Shown here one piece after another: positions 1-9,975 of a stretch of 64,000 nucleotides of DNA. The notes below the pieces were generated by a model, which worked only from the letters and a program-made list of their open reading frames with translations, was not told the DNA's origin and searched no databases. This DNA comes from an uncultured Opitutia bacterium (GTDB lineage: Bacteria; Verrucomicrobiota; Verrucomicrobiia; Opitutales; UBA953), in contig CAIOAN010000013.1 of NCBI GenBank assembly GCA_903855995.1, forward strand, positions 78,875 to 142,874, written 5' to 3'. Numbering within the stretch: the stretch's first letter is position 1; each line of letters begins with the position of its first letter. Both the position numbers and the translations under genes were made by a program.

Positions 1-10
1 CACCTATCGG

Positions 11-448
11 TTGCAACCAGCCTCGTTCGCTCCCAAAGCGGACACCTGGGAGGAAGTCGAGTTCCAGCACCCGAAGGGACAAGGCAAGTTCCTCGTCCAC
101 ATCCTGAATACCGGTGCAAAGATCCGCCTGACCATCCTAGACCCAGCCACAATGGCGACCCTCCTCGCCTGCTCCTATGAGAACGGCGAGCTGAAACGCA
201 GCGGCATCGACCGAGAGATTCCCGACGCTCTCCCCCTCGCCCTCCTGCAGATTGCTACCTGGCCAGCCGACGCGGTGCAGGCCGGGCTGACGGGCAGTCT
301 GCGCATCGTCGCGGAGCCACATCGGCGAGTCCTCGAGGATCAACGCACCCCCGTCGCGGTCATCGAAGGATCCCCCTCTGGCCAACGCACCATCCGATTG
401 CCAAGCTACGGTGCCACCATCACCGTGCGAACCGCCCCCCAGCCATGA
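11..448 (+). CDS. hypothetical protein, first visible gene of the pigment/lipid cluster; possibly 5'-truncated by the window edge
   Basis: 145-aa ORF starting at TTG 11. The frame stays open back to nt 2. Its stop overlaps the ATG of the next gene (ATGA at 445-448). No motif I can name. Confidence 0.4.
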   Translation: MQPASFAPKADTWEEVEFQHPKGQGKFLVHILNTGAKIRLTILDPATMATLLACSYENGELKRSGIDREIPDALPLALLQIATWPADAVQAGLTGSLRIVAEPHRRVLEDQRTPVAVIEGSPSGQRTIRLPSYGATITVRTAPQP

Positions 449-1620
449 ACGCGCGCATCTTCATTCAGGCCTTTTCCAGCGTTTCCGCGATGGGTGGTGC
501 GCTTAATGCTCATGCGGAGGTCCTTCGCTCAGGCCAGAGCCCTGGAATGGGGCTCGCGACCACGTGGCGGAAAAAATCCGCCCCTGCTTTCGTCGGTGCC
601 GTCGAGGGCCAGTTCCCTTCCATCCGGAATAAGGAGCATGATACCAGGAATAATCGCATCCTCCAGGCCTCCCTGACGGCGATCGAAACCAACATTCAGA
701 CGACCATTGCGACCATCGGTCACTCGCGCTTCGCAATCGTCGCCGGGACAAGCACCTCTGGAATCGCCGAGGCGGAAGACGCTTTACTCTGCCGACCGCC
801 CGGCGAAATCAGCGATGACTATGAATATGCCAGGCAGGAGTTTGGCTCGCCGGCCGCTTTTCTCGCCGACCTGCTCGGCACCACGGGACCCTCCTTCGCT
901 CTGAGCACGGCCTGCACCTCGAGCTCCAACGCCTTCATCTCTGCGCGCCGCCTCCTGCGGCAAGGTGTGGCCGACGCGGTGCTCGTCGTGGGTGCCGATT
1001 CCCTCTGCCGCACGACCGTCGAGGGTTTCATTGCGCTCGAAGCCGTCGCAACCGACCGCTGCCAGCCGATGAGCGCGAACCGCAAAGGCATCAATATCGG
1101 GGAAGGTGCCAGCGTCTTCCTGCTCTCTCGGGAATCCGGGCCGCTCGAACTGTTGGGCGTAGGAGAAAGCTGCGACGCCTACCACCTTTCCTCCCCGGAT
1201 CCACAGGGCCGAGGTGCGGAGGCTGCCATGCGTGCCGCCCTGCACGATGCAGGGCTCGTCGCCACCGACATCGACTATGTCAATCTCCACGCAACTGGGA
1301 CGATTAAGAATGACCAGATGGAAAGCCTCGCTATGGCCAGAGTCTTCCCAGCCGGCGTCACCTGCAGCGGAACGAAACCTCTTACGGGCCACGCGCTCGG
1401 GGCCGCCGGCGCCATCGAAGCAGCGCTCTGCTGCGTCGCGATCACCGACAACATCATTCCTCCCCACATCTGGGATGGCCAGCCGGACCCAGACCTGCCG
1501 CCGCTCCGTCTCGCCGGCCTAGGACAGTGTTTCCCGCCGGCCGCGCGACGTATCTGCATGACGAACAATTTCGCCTTCGGCGGCAGCAACGTCAGCCTGA
1601 TCTTCAGCGCCACGCGATGA
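445..1620 (+). CDS. beta-ketoacyl-ACP synthase (FabB/FabF-like KS)
   Basis: 391 aa. Active-site Cys context LSTACTSSSNAF, His motifs NLHATGT and TGHALGAAG, C-terminal NNFAFGGSN. Confidence 0.9.
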   Translation: MNARIFIQAFSSVSAMGGALNAHAEVLRSGQSPGMGLATTWRKKSAPAFVGAVEGQFPSIRNKEHDTRNNRILQASLTAIETNIQTTIATIGHSRFAIVAGTSTSGIAEAEDALLCRPPGEISDDYEYARQEFGSPAAFLADLLGTTGPSFALSTACTSSSNAFISARRLLRQGVADAVLVVGADSLCRTTVEGFIALEAVATDRCQPMSANRKGINIGEGASVFLLSRESGPLELLGVGESCDAYHLSSPDPQGRGAEAAMRAALHDAGLVATDIDYVNLHATGTIKNDQMESLAMARVFPAGVTCSGTKPLTGHALGAAGAIEAALCCVAITDNIIPPHIWDGQPDPDLPPLRLAGLGQCFPPAARRICMTNNFAFGGSNVSLIFSATR

Positions 1621-2081
1621 CTGAGTTCCCGGCCATCGAGCATCTGATTCCGCATCGCGCACCGATGGTCTTCCTCGATCGTGTCTCGGAATTCACGACG
1701 ACGCGACTTGTCGCCCATTATCTTCCTCCGCTCGAGCATTGGTGCGGCGAACGCGGACTACCCTCGTTCATGGGCATCGAGATCATCGCCCAAGCCATCG
1801 CCGCCCACAATAGCCTGCATTCCCGACAAACGAACGCCAACGCCGCACCGTCGTTGGGTGTGCTCTTGGGAACTCGACGCTACGAGGCGACCCAGCCCTT
1901 CTTCCCCCTCGCCGAAGAAATCACCGTCGTGATCGAAGAGAAAATGCAGGATGCCTCCGGCTTCGGGGCCTTCGAAGGCGTGCTGTTTTCTGCGAGGCAG
2001 GTAAAACTCGCTTCGGCGACCGTAAAAGTCTTTCGCCCCGCTGATTTCAGTGCCTACATGACGTCCCCCCGCACCCCATGA
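1617..2081 (+). CDS. hotdog-fold 3-hydroxyacyl-ACP dehydratase (ApeP/FabZ-like)
   Basis: ATG at 1617 overlaps the KS stop (ATGA). N-terminus MTEFPAIEHLIPHRAPMVFLDRV is typical of cluster-associated hotdog dehydratases. The upstream part of the tracked ORF 1527..2081 overlaps the KS gene and is unlikely to be translated. Confidence 0.7.
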   Translation: MTEFPAIEHLIPHRAPMVFLDRVSEFTTTRLVAHYLPPLEHWCGERGLPSFMGIEIIAQAIAAHNSLHSRQTNANAAPSLGVLLGTRRYEATQPFFPLAEEITVVIEEKMQDASGFGAFEGVLFSARQVKLASATVKVFRPADFSAYMTSPRTP

Positions 2082-2806
2082 AGAACCGTCGCGTCCTCAT
2101 CACCGGCTCCAGCCGAGGCATCGGGAAGGCGATTGCCCTCCGATTAGCCCAGGACGGCTTCCATGTGACCATCCACTGTCGCGCCCGGCTCGAGGAGGCC
2201 GCCCAGACGGTCAGGGAAATTGAAACCTGCGGCGGCAAGGCTGACGTGCTCAGCTTCGACGTGCGCGACCTCGCCAAGGCGAAAGCCGAACTGGAATCTG
2301 CCATCACCGCTCATGGCGCCTACTGGGGCGTCGTGCTGAACGCCGGAATCATCCGGGACAATACCTTCGCCGTCATCGAGCCGCTCGACTGGAGCGAGGT
2401 CATCGATACTTCCCTGTCTGGCTTCTACAACGTGCTCCACCCGCTGGTCATGCCGATGGTTCGCCTGCGTGACGGCGGTCGGGTTGTGCTGCTTTCTTCG
2501 GTCGCGGGTGTAGCTGGTAACCGTGGCCAGACCAACTATAGCGCGGCGAAGGCCGGATTGATCGGCGCCGGCAAGGCCCTCGCGGTCGAATTGGCTCCGC
2601 GCGGTATCACCGTGAACTCGGTCGCCCCAGGGCTCATCGACACGGAGATGACAAAAGACGTCGATCGCTCCCATGTGCTCCCGGCGATCCCGATGGGACG
2701 CTCCGGCACGGTCGAAGAAGTCTCTGGCGTGGTCGCCTTCCTCTTCTCTCCGTCGGCGTCCTACGTGACCCGTCAGGTCATCGGCGTGAACGGAGGCCTG
2801 ATATGA
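2078..2806 (+). CDS. 3-oxoacyl-ACP reductase, SDR family (FabG-like)
   Basis: 242 aa. Rossmann motif ITGSSRGIGKAIA, NAG, catalytic YSAAKAG. Start overlaps the upstream stop. Confidence 0.9.
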   Translation: MKNRRVLITGSSRGIGKAIALRLAQDGFHVTIHCRARLEEAAQTVREIETCGGKADVLSFDVRDLAKAKAELESAITAHGAYWGVVLNAGIIRDNTFAVIEPLDWSEVIDTSLSGFYNVLHPLVMPMVRLRDGGRVVLLSSVAGVAGNRGQTNYSAAKAGLIGAGKALAVELAPRGITVNSVAPGLIDTEMTKDVDRSHVLPAIPMGRSGTVEEVSGVVAFLFSPSASYVTRQVIGVNGGLI

Positions 2807-4032
2807 GCCACCGCGTCGTCGTCACAGGCATGGGCGGCGTCACCGCCCTCGGCAGCGATTGGCCGACGATTGCGGCCAATCTGCACGCCCGCCGTAACGC
2901 CATCGTCCGTATCCCGGAGTGGGACATGTTCGAGAACATGAACACCCGACTCGGCGCCCCGGTCCCGGATTTCGCCGTGCCAGCCCACTGGCCGCGCAAG
3001 AACACCCGCTCCATGGGACGGGTCGCCCAGCTGGCCGTCCGCGCCACGGAACTCGCCCTCGCTGAGGCCGGTCTCAACGCCGACGTCACTATCAGGGATG
3101 GCCGAATGGGCGTGGCTTATGGTTCGTCCTTTGGCAGCATGGATCCGATTCGCCTCTGCGGCCACGCTCTCTCAACGGGGTCGACCAAGGGCATCACCTC
3201 GACGAGTTACCTGCAGGCGATGAGCCATACGACGGCGGTCAACATCGCCCTACACTTCGAGCTCAAAGGTCGCATCATCCCGACCAGTAGCGCCTGTTCC
3301 TCGGCGAGCCACGCCATTGGCTACTCCTATGAGGCGATTCGCAGCGGCCGCCAGACGATGATGGTCGCCGGCGGCTCCGAGGAATTCACGCCCGCCCACG
3401 CGCTCATCTTTGATACCCTCTTCGCGACGAGTACCCAGAACGAGACGCCCACCCTTACCCCTCGCCCGTTCGATCGTTCCCGTGATGGCCTCGTGGTCGG
3501 CGAGGGCGCCTGCACACTCGTACTTGAGGATCGCGAACATGCCTTGGCCCGCGGCGCCATCATCCATGCCGAGATCATTGGCTTCGGGACCAATTCCGAC
3601 GGCGCCCACGCCACGCAACCGACTTCTGCGACGATGGCCCGTTGCATCGAGATGGCCCTAGCTGACGCTGGACTATCAGCCGACGCCATCGGCTACGTGA
3701 GCGCCCACGGGACGGCGACCGACCGCGGCGACATCGCGGAAAGCCACGCAACCTCCCAGGTGCTGGGTGCCGCGATACCCATCAGTTCGATGAAGAGCTA
3801 CCTCGGTCACACCTTAGGAGCCTGTGGCTCGATCGAAGCATGGTGGGGCATCGAGATGATGAAACGCGGCTCCTTCGCCCCGACGCTTAACCTCGTCGAA
3901 CCCGACCCGGCTTGCGGCCTGCTCGACTACATCAAAGACGAAGACCGCGCCATCGAGACGGAGCATATCCTCAGTAACAATTTCGCCTTCGGAGGCATCA
4001 ATACCTCCCTAGTCTTCCGGCGGGTGCGCTAA
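2803..4032 (+). CDS. beta-ketoacyl-ACP synthase II-like (second KS)
   Basis: 409 aa. Motifs TSSACSSASHAIGY, SAHGTATDRGD, GHTLGACGS, NNFAFGGIN. Confidence 0.9.
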   Translation: MSHRVVVTGMGGVTALGSDWPTIAANLHARRNAIVRIPEWDMFENMNTRLGAPVPDFAVPAHWPRKNTRSMGRVAQLAVRATELALAEAGLNADVTIRDGRMGVAYGSSFGSMDPIRLCGHALSTGSTKGITSTSYLQAMSHTTAVNIALHFELKGRIIPTSSACSSASHAIGYSYEAIRSGRQTMMVAGGSEEFTPAHALIFDTLFATSTQNETPTLTPRPFDRSRDGLVVGEGACTLVLEDREHALARGAIIHAEIIGFGTNSDGAHATQPTSATMARCIEMALADAGLSADAIGYVSAHGTATDRGDIAESHATSQVLGAAIPISSMKSYLGHTLGACGSIEAWWGIEMMKRGSFAPTLNLVEPDPACGLLDYIKDEDRAIETEHILSNNFAFGGINTSLVFRRVR

Positions 4033-4034
4033 GT

Positions 4035-5576
4035 TCAGCCAGCCACCGGCACCTGCTTCGCACGCAGTCGACGGACGCAGGCCTCGATGATCACGTCTAA
4101 TTCCCGATCGACAGTCTGACGTCCATGCGCCCGCTCGGTTGCTTCGACCGTCTGACGCAAGGCTCGACCGGGTGCGGAAGCTCCGGCAAGCCGACTCCGC
4201 AACAACACACCCTGGCTCGCAGCCAGCAACATGGCTGCGACGACCTGTTCAGTGAGTTCCAGGATGCGTAGGCAATCGCGGGCGGCGATCGTCCCCATAC
4301 TGACCTTGTCCTGGTTATGGCACTCGGTCGAACGGGAGAAGGCAGTGGCGGGCATGGTCAGCTTGAGCGCCTCGGCGGTCCAAGCGGAACACGAGATCTG
4401 CAGTGCCTTAAAGCCGTGCTGTAACGCTTTGGCCCGACCAGTCTCTCCGACGAGATTCGCGGGTAGACCGTGGTTGTAACGGGCATCCACGAGCAAGGCC
4501 ATCTGGCGGTCCAACAAGTCGGCGACGCTCGCGACGGCGAGCTTCAGCCCGTCCATGGCGAAACCGACGTGACCACCATAGAAATGACCACCATGCAGAA
4601 TCCGGCCGCTCACTGGGTCGACCAAAGGATTATCGTTGGCGCTGTTGACCTCATTCTCGAGATCACGACGTACCCACGTCAGGGCATCCTCCAGCACGCC
4701 GATGACATGCGGGGCACAGCGGACAGAGTATCGATCTTGGATGCGACTATGCGACGCCCCCCGCTTGACCCCGAGGTCCGACCTCAGGCGAGCGGCAACG
4801 GCTTGCTGGCCAACATGTGGTTTAGCCGAGAACAAAACCTCGTCAAAGTGTTCGGGATTACCGTCGATGGCATAGCTCACCATCGCGGTAATACGGCTGG
4901 CTGCCCGGGAAAGGTATGCCGCCCGATCGAAGGCGAGGCACGCCAGTCCGGTCATCACGGCCGTTCCATTCATGAGCGCGAGGCCTTCCTTCGGCGCCAA
5001 GGTGATTGGCTGAAGACGGGCCGCCTTCAGCGCCGCCATGGAGCTCATAATCTTGCCCCCATGGCTGGCCCGTCGCTTGCCGGTCATGGTGGCGGCGACG
5101 TACGAAAGGGGCGTAAGGTCACCACTGGCTCCGACCGAACCTTCGCAAGGAATGCGCGGGAGAACGTCACGGTTCAACATGCCAGCAAGAAGTTCCAAAA
5201 GCTCAGGACGGACCCCAGAAAATCCCAGCGACAAAGAGTTCAGGCGACAGACCAACACAGCGCGCGTAGCGATGGCATCTAAGGGCGCGCCCGTCCCAAC
5301 GCCATGGTAGCGAATCAAGTTATCCGGCAAACCGGCCACAAGGTCGGCAGGGATCTCGGTCGTGCAGTTGTCGCCATAACCCGTGTTGACGCCGTAGACG
5401 CAATCTTCGTCGGCCAAGGCCTGTCGGAGAAATTCCGCGCCACGGATGATGCGCCGGCGATACGCTGCGGACTTCGGTAGGCCAATCGGCCGGTCGGCCA
5501 CCGCGATCGCAACGACGTCTTCGATACTCAGGCGTGACTGGCCGACGGTGACGGGAGATTTATTTGCGCGGGCCAT
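4035..5576 (-). CDS. aromatic amino-acid ammonia-lyase (HAL/TAL/PAL family, MIO cofactor)
   Basis: MIO-forming triad in GSVGASGDLTPLSYVA, family-typical length. I place the start at the internal Met (MARANKSP..., nt 5576). The longer ORF to 5645 would overlap the upstream gene by 86 nt. Start is uncertain. Confidence 0.85.
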   Translation of the reverse strand: MARANKSPVTVGQSRLSIEDVVAIAVADRPIGLPKSAAYRRRIIRGAEFLRQALADEDCVYGVNTGYGDNCTTEIPADLVAGLPDNLIRYHGVGTGAPLDAIATRAVLVCRLNSLSLGFSGVRPELLELLAGMLNRDVLPRIPCEGSVGASGDLTPLSYVAATMTGKRRASHGGKIMSSMAALKAARLQPITLAPKEGLALMNGTAVMTGLACLAFDRAAYLSRAASRITAMVSYAIDGNPEHFDEVLFSAKPHVGQQAVAARLRSDLGVKRGASHSRIQDRYSVRCAPHVIGVLEDALTWVRRDLENEVNSANDNPLVDPVSGRILHGGHFYGGHVGFAMDGLKLAVASVADLLDRQMALLVDARYNHGLPANLVGETGRAKALQHGFKALQISCSAWTAEALKLTMPATAFSRSTECHNQDKVSMGTIAARDCLRILELTEQVVAAMLLAASQGVLLRSRLAGASAPGRALRQTVEATERAHGRQTVDRELDVIIEACVRRLRAKQVPVAG

Positions 5577-7251
5577 GGGAAACAGGGGTTGGGCGGGGTT
5601 GCCAGAAATCGAAGAAGTTGAACCATTGCAGGGGATGTGCGACACAAAGTTGCTCTAACTTTGCCGCATAACGACGGGCAAGCTGGGCCAAGACTTCCGC
5701 CCGCTGCGCGCGCGGCAAAGAGATCTGGTCGGCGAATTTCTCGACGACTACCTTGTAGCCGCCGTTATGCCCAAGGCAGAAGAATAGATAGACCGGACAT
5801 TCCAGTGCGGCCGCAAGGACGAACGGACCACGGGGAAACTCGGCGGGGGCGCCCAAGAAATCGGCGGACACGGTCTGGCCGTTCTCACTCTGAGGTGTGC
5901 GGTCGCCGACGATCACGACGCATTCGCCACGATCGATAATCTCCCGGAGGCGTATTGCGGTCTCGGGACCAAAGCTACAGACATGAATGATATCCTGAGC
6001 GGAGGCGGGTGCCGCATCCTTAATAGTGCCCGTGAACTTGGCCGCGTGGGCAAAATGCACGACCGCGTGGAAGCCAGTAAAACCATAGCGGGCCGCGACG
6101 GCGCGCATCATCTCCAGATTGCCGAGATGTGCGCCGATAATCAGCGCACCGCGTCCGTTGGCTCGCGCCTCGCGCATCATGTCGATGTCTGGAAAATCCA
6201 ATTCGGCGATGAGCCATGGGTCGAGCCAGGCGGTCAGTTTATCATGAGCGGAAAAGCCGAATTTTAGAAATAGTCGATAGGCGTTCCACCAGCCAGGCCG
6301 CGGGGATTGTCCTTCGGTGAACTGATGCAATCGGCGGAGATAATCCAACGTGGCCCGCCGGGCGGTCCCGCCGGTAAGGAAGAAATAGGTGACGATGAGC
6401 GGAATAAGCGGGAGGGCCAGCCAGCGGCCGAAGCAGCGGTGCACCCAAGAGGTGAAGGCCAGACCCCAACGGGATCCGCGTTCCTTCGCCCGCGCCCAAT
6501 GCGTGCCTCGACGAGGTACCCCGCCGAGGCCAAAGGCGCGGCAGGCGAGATTCCACGGCATGGCGCAGGCTAGCCGCGTGTGCGTCCAGCTGATGAGGAC
6601 ATTATCGAGTAGGGGCTTGAAGTGGGACTTTCCGTCGACGGGATAAGTGACACGTACAGGCCGCCAGGCCATCGGCACGCCGCGCCAATGGAGGCGAACC
6701 ACAATCTCGATATCGAAGCTCATCCGGCTGGGTAGCGTTTGTTCGTCCAACAAAGCGCAGGTGGCCTCGAGGGGATAAAGCCGGAAACCGCACATGGAGT
6801 CTTTGATCTCGAAGGACATGGTCTCAACCCACACCCAAAAATGCGTGAGGTAACGGCCGAGTTTACGACCCATCGGAATCGATGCGTCGTAAACGGGATA
6901 CCCGCAGACCATCGTCTCCGGCGATTCCCGCCCTGCCGCGAAGAAGTCCTTGAGTACGGAGAGGTCGTGCTGACCGTCGGCGTCGACCTGCATGCCATGG
7001 CTAAAACCGGCCGACCGCGCGGCACGTAAGCCCGCCATCACGGCCCCACCCTTCCCGAGATTGATCGGCAGTACGACGAGCTTGACCAAAGGATTCTCCG
7101 CCGCGACCTGCGCGAGGATGGCGGCGTTCGGCGCATCGCTGGCGTCATCGACTAAGATGAGCGGCAAACCATGGGCGGAAAGCCGTGCCATCGTGCCGAC
7201 GGCCGCCGCGCTGTGGTTATAAGACGGGACGATGAAGCAAGGTTTATACAT
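5560..7251 (-). CDS. fusion protein: family-2 glycosyltransferase (N) + LpxL/HtrB-like lipid acyltransferase (C)
   Basis: N-terminal CFIVPSYNHSAA and LILVDDASD (GT2 signature), then membrane helices and a ~290-aa C-terminal acyltransferase-like region. The Met at 7251 gives a 6-nt gap to the upstream stop (7244). Confidence 0.65.
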   Translation of the reverse strand: MYKPCFIVPSYNHSAAAVGTMARLSAHGLPLILVDDASDAPNAAILAQVAAENPLVKLVVLPINLGKGGAVMAGLRAARSAGFSHGMQVDADGQHDLSVLKDFFAAGRESPETMVCGYPVYDASIPMGRKLGRYLTHFWVWVETMSFEIKDSMCGFRLYPLEATCALLDEQTLPSRMSFDIEIVVRLHWRGVPMAWRPVRVTYPVDGKSHFKPLLDNVLISWTHTRLACAMPWNLACRAFGLGGVPRRGTHWARAKERGSRWGLAFTSWVHRCFGRWLALPLIPLIVTYFFLTGGTARRATLDYLRRLHQFTEGQSPRPGWWNAYRLFLKFGFSAHDKLTAWLDPWLIAELDFPDIDMMREARANGRGALIIGAHLGNLEMMRAVAARYGFTGFHAVVHFAHAAKFTGTIKDAAPASAQDIIHVCSFGPETAIRLREIIDRGECVVIVGDRTPQSENGQTVSADFLGAPAEFPRGPFVLAAALECPVYLFFCLGHNGGYKVVVEKFADQISLPRAQRAEVLAQLARRYAAKLEQLCVAHPLQWFNFFDFWQPRPTPVSHGPRK

Positions 7252-9457
7252 GGAGCACAGATTGGCGGAGCAGCGCACCGGAGGCCTTGAGCTTGGCATC
7301 GTGGTCGTAACGGAAACGTACACCATCGGGACAGCGGGTCAACGTGAGCTCGAGCGTCTCCGCTGGATAAATGGCGGCGTTGAACTTAAGGTTATCGATC
7401 ACAGTAAATTCAGCCGAAACGCCTAGATAGGTTTCAGCAATTAAAGCAGCCCAATCGATGATTGTTACGCCGGGCAAGATCGGCAGGCCGGGGAAATGGC
7501 CGGCGAATATGGGTAACTCCGGAGGCACCTTAAGCGTGAGGCGCACGCCGTCTTCCAAACTTTGGTGGGCCAGCAACTGCGGCCAGCCGGCTGCGGCCGG
7601 GAAACCTTCGCTAGGCGGATCAAAGATCGCGCGCAAGGTCGCCTGCGTCGCCTTCCCCCGGGCGTCCGCCGGGAGCCGCGGGAGGAATTTCCATCGTCGG
7701 GGCGCAACGACGGCGTCATGTCGAACCAACAAGGCCGCCCGTAGCTCGGCGGCTAAGGCAATGTAATCGACCGTCGGTAACTCGCCGCGCGGCACGACAA
7801 TCGCAGCGAGCCGCGCATGGCCTTCAGGTTGGAAAATCACCGCGCGACGCACCGCGGGATGCGACTCGATGATGGCTTCGAGTTCCGGCAAGGATACTCG
7901 CCTTCCTTCGACCTTCGCGATGCGGTCGACGCGGCCGAGCAATTCAAACCGGCCGTCGCCGCCGATTCGGACAGCATCGGCGGTCAGCTCACCTCCCGGC
8001 GCGACGAACGGCGAGACGACGCGAAGCCGGGCGTCGACCCCGGCAGAGACCACGACGCCGGGCAAACTCTCCCAGGCCTCCCCACCCTTCTGCTGCCGCC
8101 GCCACGCGACGCCACCGGTCTCGGTACTTCCATAGATTTCCACCGGCGAACCCCATCGCATGGCGACCTCCGAACGGAGGAGGCTGCCAGAAGAGAAAAT
8201 GGCCTTCAGGGGAGCGAGGTCGGGGATGTCCTCCGCCGGCACACGTTCCAAGAGCGACGGACTGCTGACCAAGACGAAGTCCCCGCCGCGACGGAGGCAT
8301 GCTAGGACGGCATAGCCGTCTCCCAGCGGATCACACCGGAAGACCCGTCCTGACCAGAGCGGCCAAATGATCCGAAAGATGGTGCCGTAAATGAAGTGGT
8401 GGGGAACGGTGCCAATCACCTGTGCTGCCCCAAGCTGCCCGCCAAAGGCCGCCTCCATCGTCTCCGCCTCGCCGACCAAGGTGACGAAGGCGCGGGTGAC
8501 GCACTTCGGCTCACCGGAACTACCTGAGGTATGGAAAGAAATCCGCCCACCGTCAGCAGGTTGCCAGAATGACGCGGCTCCCGAGTGAGCAGCAACTTCC
8601 CCGCAGAAGACAGCCTTAGGGTGACGCGTCCGCAGCGAAGCCAGGGTCGCCGGCTGATGATTCTGCGGCACGACCGCATGCCGACCGCTCAGGCAAACGG
8701 CCAAGAGATCGACGGCGAACGGATAGCCCTCGGCTGCATCCATGATCCACTCTTGGACTGAGCTGGCGGCCACCGCGCGGGCCTTCGCCAGGACATCTTC
8801 GCGGAACTGACCGAGCGCGACGACCCGATCCCCGATGACACAGACCGACGCCTCGTCCGTACGCGCCGCGCCCAAAAGACGGCTCGTGAGAGCGGCGGTC
8901 TCGGCAGACGAGCCGCCCAGCAACACCCGCGATAAGTAGGGTCGCCCGAGACGCTCCCCGAAAACGAGCAAACCAATCAGCAAATAGGAGACGCCGCCAT
9001 TATAGAGGGCCCAGAGTCGGGCATCACCCCACCACACGGTGAAGGCGGCGAACGAGCCGTTCAGAAAGAAGAAACCGCACCAGACCTTCGTCAGGATGCG
9101 CGTGTAGCGGACGCCTTCTGCCGGCAGCTCGGGCTGCTCCAGCCGCGCCAGGCGCTCGATCGCCGTCGGGCCGCCGCGCAAGCTGCCCCCGAAATACATC
9201 AGTAGCCCGAGATTGACGACGATAGGATAGGTCATCGCCGCTTGGCGACTGTCGGAGATGAACACAAATGCTGCCAAAGCCGCCATCAGCACCGGCGCGA
9301 GGAGATCGGACCACGACGAGGACTTGCGCGACACAAAGAGCCCGCCCGCCATGCCGAGAAGCGGTAACGCCAGCCAATACGGCGGCAGAAGGAACACCAT
9401 TACGACTACCGCAAGCGACAGCAGAAAGGTCACCGCTGCGCCCGCCCGGCCCTTCAT
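7244..9457 (-). CDS. three-part protein: N-terminal membrane domain + AMP-dependent synthetase/ligase + C-terminal hotdog dehydratase
   Basis: 737 aa. Hydrophobic first ~170 aa, adenylation motif FHTSGSSGEPK, C-terminal FAGHFPGLPILPGV (FabA/FabZ-like). Confidence 0.75.
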   Translation of the reverse strand: MKGRAGAAVTFLLSLAVVVMVFLLPPYWLALPLLGMAGGLFVSRKSSSWSDLLAPVLMAALAAFVFISDSRQAAMTYPIVVNLGLLMYFGGSLRGGPTAIERLARLEQPELPAEGVRYTRILTKVWCGFFFLNGSFAAFTVWWGDARLWALYNGGVSYLLIGLLVFGERLGRPYLSRVLLGGSSAETAALTSRLLGAARTDEASVCVIGDRVVALGQFREDVLAKARAVAASSVQEWIMDAAEGYPFAVDLLAVCLSGRHAVVPQNHQPATLASLRTRHPKAVFCGEVAAHSGAASFWQPADGGRISFHTSGSSGEPKCVTRAFVTLVGEAETMEAAFGGQLGAAQVIGTVPHHFIYGTIFRIIWPLWSGRVFRCDPLGDGYAVLACLRRGGDFVLVSSPSLLERVPAEDIPDLAPLKAIFSSGSLLRSEVAMRWGSPVEIYGSTETGGVAWRRQQKGGEAWESLPGVVVSAGVDARLRVVSPFVAPGGELTADAVRIGGDGRFELLGRVDRIAKVEGRRVSLPELEAIIESHPAVRRAVIFQPEGHARLAAIVVPRGELPTVDYIALAAELRAALLVRHDAVVAPRRWKFLPRLPADARGKATQATLRAIFDPPSEGFPAAAGWPQLLAHQSLEDGVRLTLKVPPELPIFAGHFPGLPILPGVTIIDWAALIAETYLGVSAEFTVIDNLKFNAAIYPAETLELTLTRCPDGVRFRYDHDAKLKASGALLRQSVLHV

Positions 9458-9714
9458 TGCCCGGGGTCGGTTCCCTCCTCGAGCGAAACGATGATCATGA
9501 TGACGTCCTGCACCGTCCGGACGCCCTTGAATACCTCGGGTTTGATTTTTTTACCGGTCAAATCCTGCAGTTCGAGCACAAGGTCGACGGCGTCCAGACT
9601 GTCCAGACTTAGCTCCTCGTAGAGTTTGCAGGTCGGCATGACGTCTTCCGGCTTGATGCTGAAATTCTTAGCGAAGATCTCACGGATCTTCAACAAGGCT
9701 TCTTCTTGATTCAT
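9454..9714 (-). CDS. acyl carrier protein
   Basis: 86 aa, phosphopantetheine site LSLDSLDAVDLV. Confidence 0.8.
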   Translation of the reverse strand: MNQEEALLKIREIFAKNFSIKPEDVMPTCKLYEELSLDSLDAVDLVLELQDLTGKKIKPEVFKGVRTVQDVIMIIVSLEEGTDPGQ

Positions 9715-9975
9715 TTAAAAGGTTCGGCGGTCCGCGACGAAGGCGGCCAAAGTGTTGACGGAGGCGAAGTGCCGGCGGGGGTCGTCGCTCTCGGCGTCGA
9801 TCGAGATACCATAACGCTTGCGGATGGCGACCCCTAGCTCGATGGCGTCGATGGAGTCCAGGCCGAGCCCCTCGCCGAACAAAGGGGTATCTTCGCCGAT
9901 CGACTCCGGTGTCACCCCCTCCAAAGCCAGGGTGCTCACGATGAGCGTCTTGATTTCCTGATGAAGGGGAGTCAT
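9715..9975 (-). CDS. acyl carrier protein
   Basis: 86 aa, phosphopantetheine site LGLDSIDAIELG. Abuts the other ACP gene with no gap. Confidence 0.8.
   Translation of the reverse strand: MTPLHQEIKTLIVSTLALEGVTPESIGEDTPLFGEGLGLDSIDAIELGVAIRKRYGISIDAESDDPRRHFASVNTLAAFVADRRTF

Noticed and set aside
784-1467. Long antisense or out-of-frame ORFs inside the high-GC genes. Examples: 784..1467 (-), 2144..2674 (-), 4470..5282 (+), 12875..13294 (-), 13194..13928 (-), 16331..17224 (-, 297 aa), 59504..60274 (-, 256 aa).
   Set aside because: They lie entirely within well-supported genes on the other strand or frame. Their G/A/R/P-rich low-complexity translations are typical of shadow ORFs in GC-rich DNA, and they carry no motifs.
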